Assembly (NCBI GenBank): GCA_045222695.1
Contig: JBGUZD010000128.1
Span: 1 to 55,921 of the forward strand
Length of the DNA stretch: 55,921 bases
Direction: 5' to 3'
Origin: Candidatus Limivicinus sp.
Lineage (GTDB): Bacteria > Bacillota > Clostridia > Oscillospirales > Oscillospiraceae
Of the stretch, positions 42,755 to 52,003 are shown in pieces (the stretch's first letter is position 1; each line of letters starts with the position of its first letter). The notes under the pieces are model-generated. The model saw only the letters and a program-made list of their open reading frames with translations, made no database searches and was not told the DNA's origin. A program made the position numbers and the translations under genes.

Positions 42755-45217
42755 GTGTTTGAACTGCCAGTCCGTCATAAAAAAACAAGGGCGATCACGG
42801 CCTGCCTGCTGCTGTGCGCCATGCTGCTCACAGCCTGCAGCATGCCCGCGGTATCGCCCGCGGAGGAGAACAAGCCGCCTGAGGAGACGGCCGCCCCGCC
42901 CGAGCCCACGCCCGAACCGACGCCGGAGCCCACGCCGGAGCCCACGCCGGAGCCCTTCCGCACCGAGATCGTGCTCAGCGAGCTTCAGGCCGCGAACAAG
43001 GCCGCGTTCCCGGACGCCGACGGCGACTTCGTGGACTGGATCGAGCTGTACAACCCCGGCGCCGAGCCGGGCGACATCACCGGATGCTGGCTCTCGGACG
43101 ACGAGAGCGAGCTCTGCAAGTGGCAGATCCCCTCGCTGACGGTCGAAAGCGGCGCCTACGCGGTGATCTTCTGCTCGAAGAAGGACCGCACGGAGGGCGA
43201 GCTCCACACGAACTTCAAGCTCTCCGGCGACGGCGACGCGCTTTTCTTCTCCTCGCCCGAAGGCGAGCTGCTGTGGAAGCAGAGCTACGAGAACTGCGGG
43301 GCGGACTGCTCGCTGTGCTTCGAGACGGAGACCGTGCGCTCCACGCGCTATCCCACGCCGGGATGGCCCAACACGCCGGAGGGCTATGAGGCCTTCATCG
43401 CCGCAAACGACCTTCACGGCGCGCTCGTGGTCAACGAGGCCGTCACCTACAACGACGACAGCCTTCTGCACGCCGGCGGCTATTACGACTGGGTCGAGCT
43501 GAAAAACGTTTCCGGCGAGACGATCGCGCTCAGCGATTATTACGTCAGCGACGACGCGGACGATCGTCTCAAATTCCGGCTGCCCAACGTCACGCTCGCC
43601 CCGGGGGAGATCTATACCATCTTCTGCGGAGACCCGATCCTGGAGACCGGGGCCTGCCACACGCCCTTCAAGCTCGACGGCAAGGGCGAGGGCTTCTATA
43701 TCCGCCGCGCGGACGGGACGCTCTCGGACTACATCAGCCTCTACGGCGTTCCGCTCAACCACAGCAAGGGCCGGCTGGACGGGAAAAGCGGCTTTTTCCT
43801 CTTCCCGAAACGGACGCCCGACGCTGCCAACTCCGGCGGCGCGCGCTATATCACCGAGAGGCCCGTCAGCGTAACGCCTCCCGGCATATACAACGACCGG
43901 ACCTCCCTCGAGGTCGAGCTCTCCGCCGAGGGCACGATCTACTATACGATCGACGGCTCCGAGCCGACGACCAGGTCCTCCGTCTACACCGGCCCGCTCG
44001 GGCTGAGCCGCACGGCGCAGATCCGCGCGATCGCCGTCGCGGACGGCAAGCTCACGAGCGAGATCGCCACCTATACCTATCTGCTCGGAGAGAACCACAC
44101 GCTCCCGGTCGTCTGCGTCACGCTCGACCCGCAGAAGCTCTACATACTCTACAACAACAACGGCAACATGGAGTACGACTCTCACACCGAGTACTACGGC
44201 CCGGACGGGAGCTTTGCCTCCGACTGCATGATCACGCTCCACGGCGCGGCCTCACGGAGCGCGTGGGACAAGAAGAGCTTCAAGGTCGTCTTCCGCGACC
44301 GCTACGGCGGAGACATCAACTTTGACCTCTTCGGCCAGGGCATCACGGAGTTCCACTCGCTGAATCTGCGCGGCGGCGATTCCGTCGGCATGCTCACCTT
44401 CCGCGAGCCTCTCGCTTCCGAGGCCGCCGAGCGCGTGGCCGTGACGGATCCCTTTACGCTGGATTCGCGCTTCTGCATCCTGTACGTGAACGGAGAGTAC
44501 TGGGGCATCTACACGCTGCGCGAGGCGTATTCGAGAAAATACGTCGCGAGCCACACGGGCTCGGACGAGGATCTGGCAAGGATCAGCCGCGCGCCCGTCA
44601 AGTACAAGTACCACCCGGATCTGTACGAGCTGTTCATGTTCGCCACGGGCAATGACATGACCAATCCGGACAATTACAACTACGTCGCCGACAGGCTGGA
44701 TCTGGTCAGCTTCGCCCAGTGGATCTGTCTGGAGACTTACTTCAACAACTACGACCCGACCGGCAATATCCGCTACTGCGTCGGCAATCAGCCGGACGGG
44801 AAATGGCGCACGATGTTCTTCGATCTCGACCAGGCCATGATGAACCAGGACGCGTCGATCTATGAGGCGCTCGGCCTGGGCCACAAGCCCTCGCAGGTCG
44901 GCAACATGCTCTGCAACCTGCTGAAAAACGCGGATTTCCGCCGGATCTTCCTGGAGACCGCGTCGGGGCTGTATCAGAACGGGCTTCGCCATGAGCTGCT
45001 CGTCGAGATCTTCGACCGCATGGTCAATGAGCTCGAACCGGAGATGGACCGCAATCTCAGACGCTGGGGCGAAAGCAAGGTCGCGTACGAGAACAACGTC
45101 TCGTGGCAGCGCGATCTGTTCGGACAGCGCCGGGACGACGGATTCAAACGATTTGTCCAGGCATATGCCGAGGTGGACGACGCGACGATGGCGGAGCTGT
45201 TCCCGCCGAGAGGATGA
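42755..45217 (+). CDS. CotH-family kinase lipoprotein with two LTD domains and chitobiase-C-like domain (CotH-2)
   Basis: The GTG at 42755 lies 9 nt after an AAAGGAG SD. Lipobox MLLTAC and a (PEPT)n linker. LSELQAAN..DWIELYNPG and VNEAVTY..DWVELKNVSG. GTIYYTIDGSEPTTRSSVYTGPL. CotH core (KKSFKVVFRD, ILYVNGEYWGIYTLRE, FDLDQAMM). The architecture is the same as CotH-1. Confidence 0.85.
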   Translation: MFELPVRHKKTRAITACLLLCAMLLTACSMPAVSPAEENKPPEETAAPPEPTPEPTPEPTPEPTPEPFRTEIVLSELQAANKAAFPDADGDFVDWIELYNPGAEPGDITGCWLSDDESELCKWQIPSLTVESGAYAVIFCSKKDRTEGELHTNFKLSGDGDALFFSSPEGELLWKQSYENCGADCSLCFETETVRSTRYPTPGWPNTPEGYEAFIAANDLHGALVVNEAVTYNDDSLLHAGGYYDWVELKNVSGETIALSDYYVSDDADDRLKFRLPNVTLAPGEIYTIFCGDPILETGACHTPFKLDGKGEGFYIRRADGTLSDYISLYGVPLNHSKGRLDGKSGFFLFPKRTPDAANSGGARYITERPVSVTPPGIYNDRTSLEVELSAEGTIYYTIDGSEPTTRSSVYTGPLGLSRTAQIRAIAVADGKLTSEIATYTYLLGENHTLPVVCVTLDPQKLYILYNNNGNMEYDSHTEYYGPDGSFASDCMITLHGAASRSAWDKKSFKVVFRDRYGGDINFDLFGQGITEFHSLNLRGGDSVGMLTFREPLASEAAERVAVTDPFTLDSRFCILYVNGEYWGIYTLREAYSRKYVASHTGSDEDLARISRAPVKYKYHPDLYELFMFATGNDMTNPDNYNYVADRLDLVSFAQWICLETYFNNYDPTGNIRYCVGNQPDGKWRTMFFDLDQAMMNQDASIYEALGLGHKPSQVGNMLCNLLKNADFRRIFLETASGLYQNGLRHELLVEIFDRMVNELEPEMDRNLRRWGESKVAYENNVSWQRDLFGQRRDDGFKRFVQAYAEVDDATMAELFPPRG

Positions 45218-45223
45218 GACGGA

Positions 45224-46318
45224 ATGGACGAAAAAAAACATAAAGCCGTACATACAAAAAAGAAAAAGCACATGAGCGTCGGCAAGATGATCGTGCTGGA
45301 TCTGCTCGCCATCGCCGCGGGTCTGCTCATCTTCGCGCTGTTCCACCATGTGCTGCCGCATTACGGCATCCTCCGCGTCGACGAGGGCGAGCCCGTCGTG
45401 CTCACGACGCTCGCGCCGCAGCCCACGCCCGCCCCCGCGCCGACCGAGACGCCGGAGGAGACGTCCCCTGAGGAAACGCCTCCCGAGGAGACGCCGGAGC
45501 CCGTGCGCGTCTATTCCGGCAGATGGGGCGAGAAGTTCGCCGACAAGTTCACCGACGGCGAGGTCATCCGGACCGAAAACAGCTATCAGAGCGAGAACAT
45601 CAACGTCAGCTACGAGCGCTTTGAGGAAAACGGAGTCATCTATTTTGTGGCGGACGTCTATGTCAGCGATCTGGGCTATCTGCGCTCCGGCTTCGGAAAC
45701 GGCAAGTACAACGGCGGCTTCCAGATGGTCGACGAGATCGCCCGGCAGGAGGACGCGGTCGCCGCGATCTCCGGCGATCACTACGCCGGACGCTATGAGG
45801 GCATCGTCGTGCGCAACGGCGTGCTCTACCGCGAGACCCGCTTCCAGGACGTGTGCGTGCTGCTCTCCGACGGCACGATGGTCACGATGACCAACGCGGA
45901 GCTGGACATGGACGATCTCAAGGCCGCCGAGCCCTATCAGGTCTGGTGCTTCGGCCCCGAGCTCCTCGACGACGAGGGCCATGCGCTGACGAAATTCAAC
46001 AGCATCGTCCTGCGGAACAATCCCCGCGCGGCCATCGGCTATTATGAGCCGGGACACTATGCTTTCGTCGAGGTCGAGGGGAGCAGGACCGGGTACTGGT
46101 CCGGCTCGCGCGGCATGAGCATGGACGAGCTCGCGGCCCTGTTCGAATCGCTCGGCTGCAAGAGCGCCTATAACCTGGACGGCGGCAGCAGCGTCGGCTT
46201 CGCCTGGATGGGCGAGCGCGTCAGCTTCAACTACAACCGCAGCATCCCCGACATCATCTACGTCGCGGACTTTCTGCCCGAGACGGGCGAGGCTGCCGGG
46301 CAGACGGGGGAGGGCTGA
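45224..46318 (+). CDS. membrane-anchored phosphodiester glycosidase family protein (NAGPA/DUF2233-like) 1
   Basis: N-terminal TM helix MIVLDLLAIAAGLLIFALF and a Pro/Thr/Glu linker. The core includes AAISGDHYA, PRAAIGY and AYNLDGGSS. Confidence 0.8.
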   Translation: MDEKKHKAVHTKKKKHMSVGKMIVLDLLAIAAGLLIFALFHHVLPHYGILRVDEGEPVVLTTLAPQPTPAPAPTETPEETSPEETPPEETPEPVRVYSGRWGEKFADKFTDGEVIRTENSYQSENINVSYERFEENGVIYFVADVYVSDLGYLRSGFGNGKYNGGFQMVDEIARQEDAVAAISGDHYAGRYEGIVVRNGVLYRETRFQDVCVLLSDGTMVTMTNAELDMDDLKAAEPYQVWCFGPELLDDEGHALTKFNSIVLRNNPRAAIGYYEPGHYAFVEVEGSRTGYWSGSRGMSMDELAALFESLGCKSAYNLDGGSSVGFAWMGERVSFNYNRSIPDIIYVADFLPETGEAAGQTGEG

Positions 46319-46321
46319 GAC

Positions 46322-46513
46322 ATGTTCAAAAGACTGCTGCCCCATCTCTGCCTTGACGCCGCAGTGATCTTCCTCGTCCTGTTTGTGCTCGACCGCGTCA
46401 ACGAGGCGATGCATTTTCTCTCGCGCGACATTTTCAAGATCCCCCTGGCGGTCTTCCTTGTTCTGGTGATCGTCGAGTCGGTGATCCTGATCATTTACCA
46501 AAGGAAGGAATGA
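46322..46513 (+). CDS. small two-TM membrane protein (63 aa)
   Basis: Two hydrophobic helices. It starts 3 nt after the previous stop, and its own stop overlaps the next start by 4 nt. Confidence 0.5.
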   Translation: MFKRLLPHLCLDAAVIFLVLFVLDRVNEAMHFLSRDIFKIPLAVFLVLVIVESVILIIYQRKE

Positions 46514-47946
46514 GGGCCGTGACTTTCAAAAGAGCCTCGCTGCTTGCGATCGCGCTGCTCCTCGCGCTGCTGCTCACGCTGCCGCTCGTCGGCTGCGGCA
46601 CAACGGCCCGGACGGACGAGAAGGAAGCGGAGCTCCCCGAGGAGCAGAGCGCTCCCCCCGTCGAAGAGGAGATCTTTGACTACCGGCTCGGCTCGCTCAC
46701 GCTCACGCCGGAAACGGAGAGCGTCGATCTGGACGAGGCGGGCGCTTCGATCGAGGATCTGATGCACTTCGTCAATCATCTTGACAAGCTTCGGGAGATC
46801 TCTCTGGGCGTGCCCGATGCGACGCTCGCACAGCTGCGCGCGGTCGAGGCGGCTTTTCCGCAGGCCGTCGTCAGCTGGAAGGCGAAGGTGCTGGACGGGG
46901 AGGTCGACTGCCGCGCCGAGAGCGTGGCTCTGGGGACCGCCTCCGACGAGGACGTGCCGCAGATCATCTCCGCGCTCGCCCTGCTGCCGGAGGTCAAAAC
47001 GCTGGAGCTCGCGCCGGAAGACGGCGTGACGGGCCTGTCCTTCGACAGCCTTGCCGCGCTCGCGGCCGCCGTGCCGGAGGCGGAGCTGAACTGCCGCTTT
47101 GAACTCTTCGGCCAGACGGCCGACTGGACGACCGAAAAGCTGAAATACAAAAAGGCCGCCGTCGGCGACGAGGGCGTCGATCTGTTCCGCGCCGCGCTGC
47201 CCTATCTGCGCGCGCTGGATCTGCTGCGCCTCGAGGACTGCGGCATCACCGACTACGACAAGATGGACGCGCTGCGCGCCGACTTTCCCGAAAAGCGCAT
47301 CGTCTGGAGCATCCCCATCGCGGGCTACACCTTCATGACGGACACGACGCTCATCAACGACGGCGATACGCACATTCTGAACGATCAGAACGTCGAGCTG
47401 TTCCGTTATTTGCACGACGTGCTGTACCTGGACATCGGCCATAATCACACGCTGACGAACATCGAGTTTGCACGCAATTTCCCCAAGCTGCAGGTCGTGA
47501 TCCTGACGCTGACGAATATCGCCGATATTTCTCCGCTGGAAAACTGCCCCGATCTCGAGTTCATCGAATGCCATTCCTGCCAGATCGGCGATCTGAGCCC
47601 CCTCGCGGACAAGGAGAAGCTCGAATACCTCAACATCGCGAACCTGCCGAACCTCCGGGATCTCTCGCCCCTGTACGGACTGCGGCAGCTCAAGATCGTC
47701 CGCATCTGCGGCTCGACCTTCACGCACCTCACCTTGGCCGACGTCGAAGCGCTCGAGGCCGCGCTGCCGGACACCTTCGTAAGCCATTACGGCGGAGACC
47801 CGAACAACTCCGGCGGCTGGCGCTATAACAATTATGTCAGCCCGGACGACTATACCGAACGTTACACGCTGCTCCGCGAGCAGATGCGCTACGATCTCAA
47901 CTGGCAGCTGAGACTGTCCAATTCACCGTCGGGAGAGGAAGACTGA
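46510..47946 (+). CDS. leucine-rich-repeat lipoprotein
   Basis: Lipobox LPLVGC. About 22-residue LRRs in the C-terminal half (LTNIADISPLENCPDLEFIECHSCQIGDLSPLADKEKLEYLNIANLPNLRDLSPL). Confidence 0.8.
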   Translation: MRAVTFKRASLLAIALLLALLLTLPLVGCGTTARTDEKEAELPEEQSAPPVEEEIFDYRLGSLTLTPETESVDLDEAGASIEDLMHFVNHLDKLREISLGVPDATLAQLRAVEAAFPQAVVSWKAKVLDGEVDCRAESVALGTASDEDVPQIISALALLPEVKTLELAPEDGVTGLSFDSLAALAAAVPEAELNCRFELFGQTADWTTEKLKYKKAAVGDEGVDLFRAALPYLRALDLLRLEDCGITDYDKMDALRADFPEKRIVWSIPIAGYTFMTDTTLINDGDTHILNDQNVELFRYLHDVLYLDIGHNHTLTNIEFARNFPKLQVVILTLTNIADISPLENCPDLEFIECHSCQIGDLSPLADKEKLEYLNIANLPNLRDLSPLYGLRQLKIVRICGSTFTHLTLADVEALEAALPDTFVSHYGGDPNNSGGWRYNNYVSPDDYTERYTLLREQMRYDLNWQLRLSNSPSGEED

Positions 47947-47952
47947 TCTTTC

Positions 47953-49005
47953 ATGGACGAGACTGTTAAGAAAAGACCCAAAAAGAAAAAACACGTATTC
48001 GGCAGATTCATGGCCTTTCTGGGCCTGACGCTGCTGTGCGTGATCCTCACGCTCGTCGGCGTGGTGTGGGTGGCGCTCAAGGGGCCCTCGCCCACGATGA
48101 CGGGCGCCGTGTGCAACTCCCTGCGCGAGACCAGCGCGCTGCGCTGGATCCCCGAACTGTTCCTCTCGGAGGAGGAGCTCGACAGCTATCTTCTCAAGAG
48201 CACCGAGGATCTGGAGACCGAGCAGGTCAACACCTCGCTGATCCATATCGCCGAGGCGCGGCAGAGCGAGACCAGCGGCCCGGAGACGCCCTATCTCGAG
48301 CTGGTGGACATCACCTATGGCACCTGCCGCGGCAAGCTTTTGATCATCCGCGAGCCGAAGAGCGTCATCCTCGGCACCTCGGGACGCTTCGGCGTCGATC
48401 CGGGGCTGCAGCTCACGGACATGGTGGCGAAGTACAACGGCCTTGCCGGCACGAACGCCGGCGGCTTCGTGGACAACAACGGCCTGGGCAACGGCGGCAC
48501 GCCGACGGGCATGGTCATTGCCGACGGGCAGATCCTGTACGGCGACGCCTACACGAGCTATAACGTCATCGGCCTTGACAAGGACGGATTGCTGCAGGTC
48601 GGCAGGATGACCGGCGGCGAAGCGCTCGAAAAGGGCATGAAATGGGGCGTGAGCTTCGTCACGCACGACGGCATCGCCTCAACGCTCGTCCTCAACGGCG
48701 AGGTGCAGACGCAGAACATCGGCCCCGGCGTCAACCCGCGCACGGCCATCGGCCAGCGCGAGGACGGCGCGCTGCTGCTGCTCGTGCTCGACGGCAGAAG
48801 CAGCAAGACCCTGGGCGCGACGCTCGGAAACGTCGTGGACATCATGCTGCAGTACGGCGCGGTCAACGTCGGCAACCTCGACGGCGGCTCGTCCTCCGTC
48901 ATGGTCTACGATGGAGAGATCATCAACAACTGCGCCTCCGTCACCGGGCCGCGCGGCATCCCCACGGGCTTCATCGTGCTCAGAGAGGAGGATCTCAATG
49001 GCTGA
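47953..49005 (+). CDS. membrane-anchored phosphodiester glycosidase family protein (NAGPA/DUF2233-like) 2
   Basis: N-terminal TM helix FMAFLGLTLLCVILTLVGVVWV. The core includes AGTNAGGF, PRTAIGQ and VGNLDGGSSS. Confidence 0.8.
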   Translation: MDETVKKRPKKKKHVFGRFMAFLGLTLLCVILTLVGVVWVALKGPSPTMTGAVCNSLRETSALRWIPELFLSEEELDSYLLKSTEDLETEQVNTSLIHIAEARQSETSGPETPYLELVDITYGTCRGKLLIIREPKSVILGTSGRFGVDPGLQLTDMVAKYNGLAGTNAGGFVDNNGLGNGGTPTGMVIADGQILYGDAYTSYNVIGLDKDGLLQVGRMTGGEALEKGMKWGVSFVTHDGIASTLVLNGEVQTQNIGPGVNPRTAIGQREDGALLLLVLDGRSSKTLGATLGNVVDIMLQYGAVNVGNLDGGSSSVMVYDGEIINNCASVTGPRGIPTGFIVLREEDLNG

Positions 49006-50392
49006 CAAGAGATCGAAAAGCAGCGGCTGGGGACTGTTCCTCCTGTTCTGGACGATGCTGCTGCTGATGCTGGGCTTTCTCGTGTGTGTGGCCTTTTACA
49101 AGTACACCGCCGTCTATGAGGAGACCCGCCCCGAGCGGACCATGGACGCGCTGATGGCCGAGATGAGCGAGGAGGACTGGCGCGAGACGCTCGCGGCCAG
49201 CGCCGGCGGCGTCAGCGAGTATGAGGACGCGCGCGCGCTCTTTGACGACTACTTCGACAGCACGATCAAGGGCAAACCGATCAGCTACCGCCGCGATCTC
49301 TCGCGCAGCGACGAGACGCAGACCGTCTTCGCGCTTTACGCGCTCTCCGCGCGGATCGGCGAGGTCAGGCTGCTCCCGCGTCAGACCGACGAGCGCTTCA
49401 GCTTCGGCCGCAGCCAATGGGAAGTCGACAGCATCACCTCCAAGACGCTCTCGGACAGCCTGCAGGCGCTCACCGTGCAGATCGAAGCTCCGGACGGCGT
49501 GACGCCTTACCTCAACGGCAAGGCCGTGGGGCAGGAAAAGATCGTCGATCCGGCGGTCGCGCTCACACAGCTCAGCGAGCTTGAGCGGCGCTTTGACGCG
49601 CCCGGCCCGCGCATGGTGCGCTACGAGATCGGCCCGCTCTACGGCCAGATCGCGGTGAGCGATCCCGACGGCAACGAGATCGCCCCCGTGGGCGAGCCGG
49701 AGGACGGCGTGCTGCGCTATGTGATCATGCCCACGAAGACCTATTCCTTCCGCGTGGAAGCGCCGGAGGGCGTCACGGTCAGCGTGTGCGGCGCCGCGCT
49801 CGGCGAAGAGCAGGTCCGCAGCTCGGAGCAGAACATGTTCCGCGGGCTTGAGAGCTATCTCCCGCAGGGCGGCTACAAGACCCTGCTCTATGAGGTCGAC
49901 GGCCTCTACATCGAGCCGGTGATCCGCGCCTCCTGCAACGGCGTCGAGCTCACGCCCGTGGTCGGAGGAGACGGAAGGCTCATTTACTTCTACCCCGACG
50001 ACGCGGACATCTCCATCGCGATGCACCAGGCGGCCGAGGGCTTTTTCTCGGACTACCTGTTCTACACCTCCAACAAGTACAACGGCGTCGCGCTCAAGAA
50101 CGTGCGGGACCGCATCCTGCCGGGCACCGAGCTGGACAGCTATTTTGCCAACTCCTACGACGCGATGATCTGGGCCTCGTCCACGGAGATGGACCAGAAG
50201 GAGCTGCGCTTTGAGAATTTCCACCGCGTGGGCGACAACTGCTTCACCTGCACGATCCTCTACAAGGCGGATTTCACGGCGACCCTGTGGTTCGGAACGG
50301 ACTCCTACGCCCGAGAAGACGGCTACAAGATGGTCTTCATCCGCGGCGAGGAAGGCCAATGGCTGGCCGCGACGATGTCGGCCTTTGAATGA
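48998..50392 (+). CDS. hypothetical membrane-anchored extracytoplasmic protein (464 aa)
   Basis: The ATG at 48998 overlaps the previous gene by 8 nt. TM helix LFLLFWTMLLLMLGFLVCVAF. No family was recognised; the last 110 aa or so may have an NTF2-like fold, which is a guess. Confidence 0.7.
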   Translation: MADKRSKSSGWGLFLLFWTMLLLMLGFLVCVAFYKYTAVYEETRPERTMDALMAEMSEEDWRETLAASAGGVSEYEDARALFDDYFDSTIKGKPISYRRDLSRSDETQTVFALYALSARIGEVRLLPRQTDERFSFGRSQWEVDSITSKTLSDSLQALTVQIEAPDGVTPYLNGKAVGQEKIVDPAVALTQLSELERRFDAPGPRMVRYEIGPLYGQIAVSDPDGNEIAPVGEPEDGVLRYVIMPTKTYSFRVEAPEGVTVSVCGAALGEEQVRSSEQNMFRGLESYLPQGGYKTLLYEVDGLYIEPVIRASCNGVELTPVVGGDGRLIYFYPDDADISIAMHQAAEGFFSDYLFYTSNKYNGVALKNVRDRILPGTELDSYFANSYDAMIWASSTEMDQKELRFENFHRVGDNCFTCTILYKADFTATLWFGTDSYAREDGYKMVFIRGEEGQWLAATMSAFE

Positions 50393-50402
50393 GAAACACA
50401 TC

Positions 50403-50446
50403 AAAACGCTCCCCGATGTCTTTGCATCGGGGAGCGTTTTGTTTTT
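50403..50446. terminator. bidirectional terminator
   Basis: AAAACGCTCCCCGATG tctttg CATCGGGGAGCGTTTTGTTTTT. Confidence 0.9.
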
Positions 50447-50456
50447 GTATGAGATT

Positions 50457-51830
50457 TTACTTTTCTTCCACGAGCCTCTCGCCGATGCGGTAGACGTCGC
50501 CCGCGCCGACGGTCAGGATGATGTCGCCGGGCTGGGCCAGCGAACGCAGCGCGTTCTCCAGGTCCTCAAAGGAGGCGTAGAAGTTGGCGCCGGGGATGCG
50601 TTCGGCCAGGTCGGCCGAGGAGATGCCGATCGTGTTTTTCTCGCGCGCGGCGAAGATCTCGGCCAGCAGCACGACGTCCGGGCGGCGCAGCTGCGCGACG
50701 AAGTCGTCAAAGAGCGCGGCGGTGCGGCTGTAGGTGTGGGGCTGGAAGACGACGACGGTGCGCTTGTAGCCCAGCGTCTCGACCATGTCGAGCAGGGCGC
50801 GCAGCTCGCCGGGGTGGTGGGCATAGTCGTCATAGACGTCCGCGCCGTTGAACTTGCCCTTGAACTCAAAGCGCCTTCCCGCGCCGTTGAAGCCGGCCAG
50901 GCCGTACTTGACCGCCGTGGGCCGGATGCCCAGGCAGATCGAGGCGGCGGTGGCGGCCAGTGCGTTCTTGATATTGTGCTCGCCCGGGACGTGCAGCGTC
51001 ACGTCGGTGTACTTCCGGCCGTTGTAGATGATGTCGAAGCGGCTGTTCTCGCCGAGGTAGGAGATGTTCTCGGCGTGCACGTCGGCCCAGGGGCTCAGAC
51101 CGAAGGTCATGATGTGGCGGTCGACGCCCTTCACGGCGTCCATGGCGTTGACGTCGTCAAAGTTGACGACGATCGAGCCGTCCACCGGCACGCGCTCGGC
51201 GAAGGCGCGGAAGGAGGCCTTGATGTCCTCGATATCCTTGAAGAAGTCCAGGTGGTCGGCCTCGATGTTGAGGATCACGGCGATCGTCGGGTGGAAGGAG
51301 AGAAAAGAGTTGTAGTACTCGCAAGCCTCCATGATGATCGTGTTGCCGTGGCCGACGCGGTGGCCGGAGTGCAGCAGCGGCAGCGTCCCGCCGATCATGA
51401 CGGTGGGATCGCGGTCGGCCGCCATGTTGATATGCGTGCACATCGAGGTCGTAGTGGTCTTGCCGTGGGTGCCGGCAATGCACAGCGCGTTCCGATAATC
51501 CTTGGAGATCGCGCCCCAGGCCTGCGTCCGCTCAAAGACCGGGATGCCGCGCGCGTGCGCTTCGACGATCTCGGGGTTGTCGTCGTGGGCGGCGGCGGTG
51601 CGCACGAGGAACTCCACGTCGTCGGCGATGTTTTTCGCCCGATGCCCGATATGGACCGTGAAGCCGTGCTCACGCAGCTCTTCGACGTTGCGGCCGTCGT
51701 TCATGTCCGAGCCCGTGACGGTGATGCCCATCCCCTTGAGGACCTCCGCGAGGGAGGACATGGACACGCCGCCGATGCCGACCAGATGGCCCTTGCGGCC
51801 GGGAGAGAGGAAATTGTCAAATTCGATCAT
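50457..51830 (-). CDS. murC: UDP-N-acetylmuramate--L-alanine ligase
   Basis: HLVGIGGVSMSSLAEVL, GTHGKTTTTSM and a Mur ligase C-terminal domain. Confidence 0.95.
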   Translation of the reverse strand: MIEFDNFLSPGRKGHLVGIGGVSMSSLAEVLKGMGITVTGSDMNDGRNVEELREHGFTVHIGHRAKNIADDVEFLVRTAAAHDDNPEIVEAHARGIPVFERTQAWGAISKDYRNALCIAGTHGKTTTTSMCTHINMAADRDPTVMIGGTLPLLHSGHRVGHGNTIIMEACEYYNSFLSFHPTIAVILNIEADHLDFFKDIEDIKASFRAFAERVPVDGSIVVNFDDVNAMDAVKGVDRHIMTFGLSPWADVHAENISYLGENSRFDIIYNGRKYTDVTLHVPGEHNIKNALAATAASICLGIRPTAVKYGLAGFNGAGRRFEFKGKFNGADVYDDYAHHPGELRALLDMVETLGYKRTVVVFQPHTYSRTAALFDDFVAQLRRPDVVLLAEIFAAREKNTIGISSADLAERIPGANFYASFEDLENALRSLAQPGDIILTVGAGDVYRIGERLVEEK

Positions 51831-52003
51831 GGTATCAGCGCTCCGAAAAAGAGTATTGATGTTGGTCAGGCGAAATGATAAAATGAATACAGATATAGTG
51901 GGCGCCGGAACTCCGGGCCCGCATATCCTGTGGTATCCAATACATCATTATAATACCGCCCCCGGTATTATGCAAGTGTTATCGAAGGGAAACGAGATCG
52001 TCC

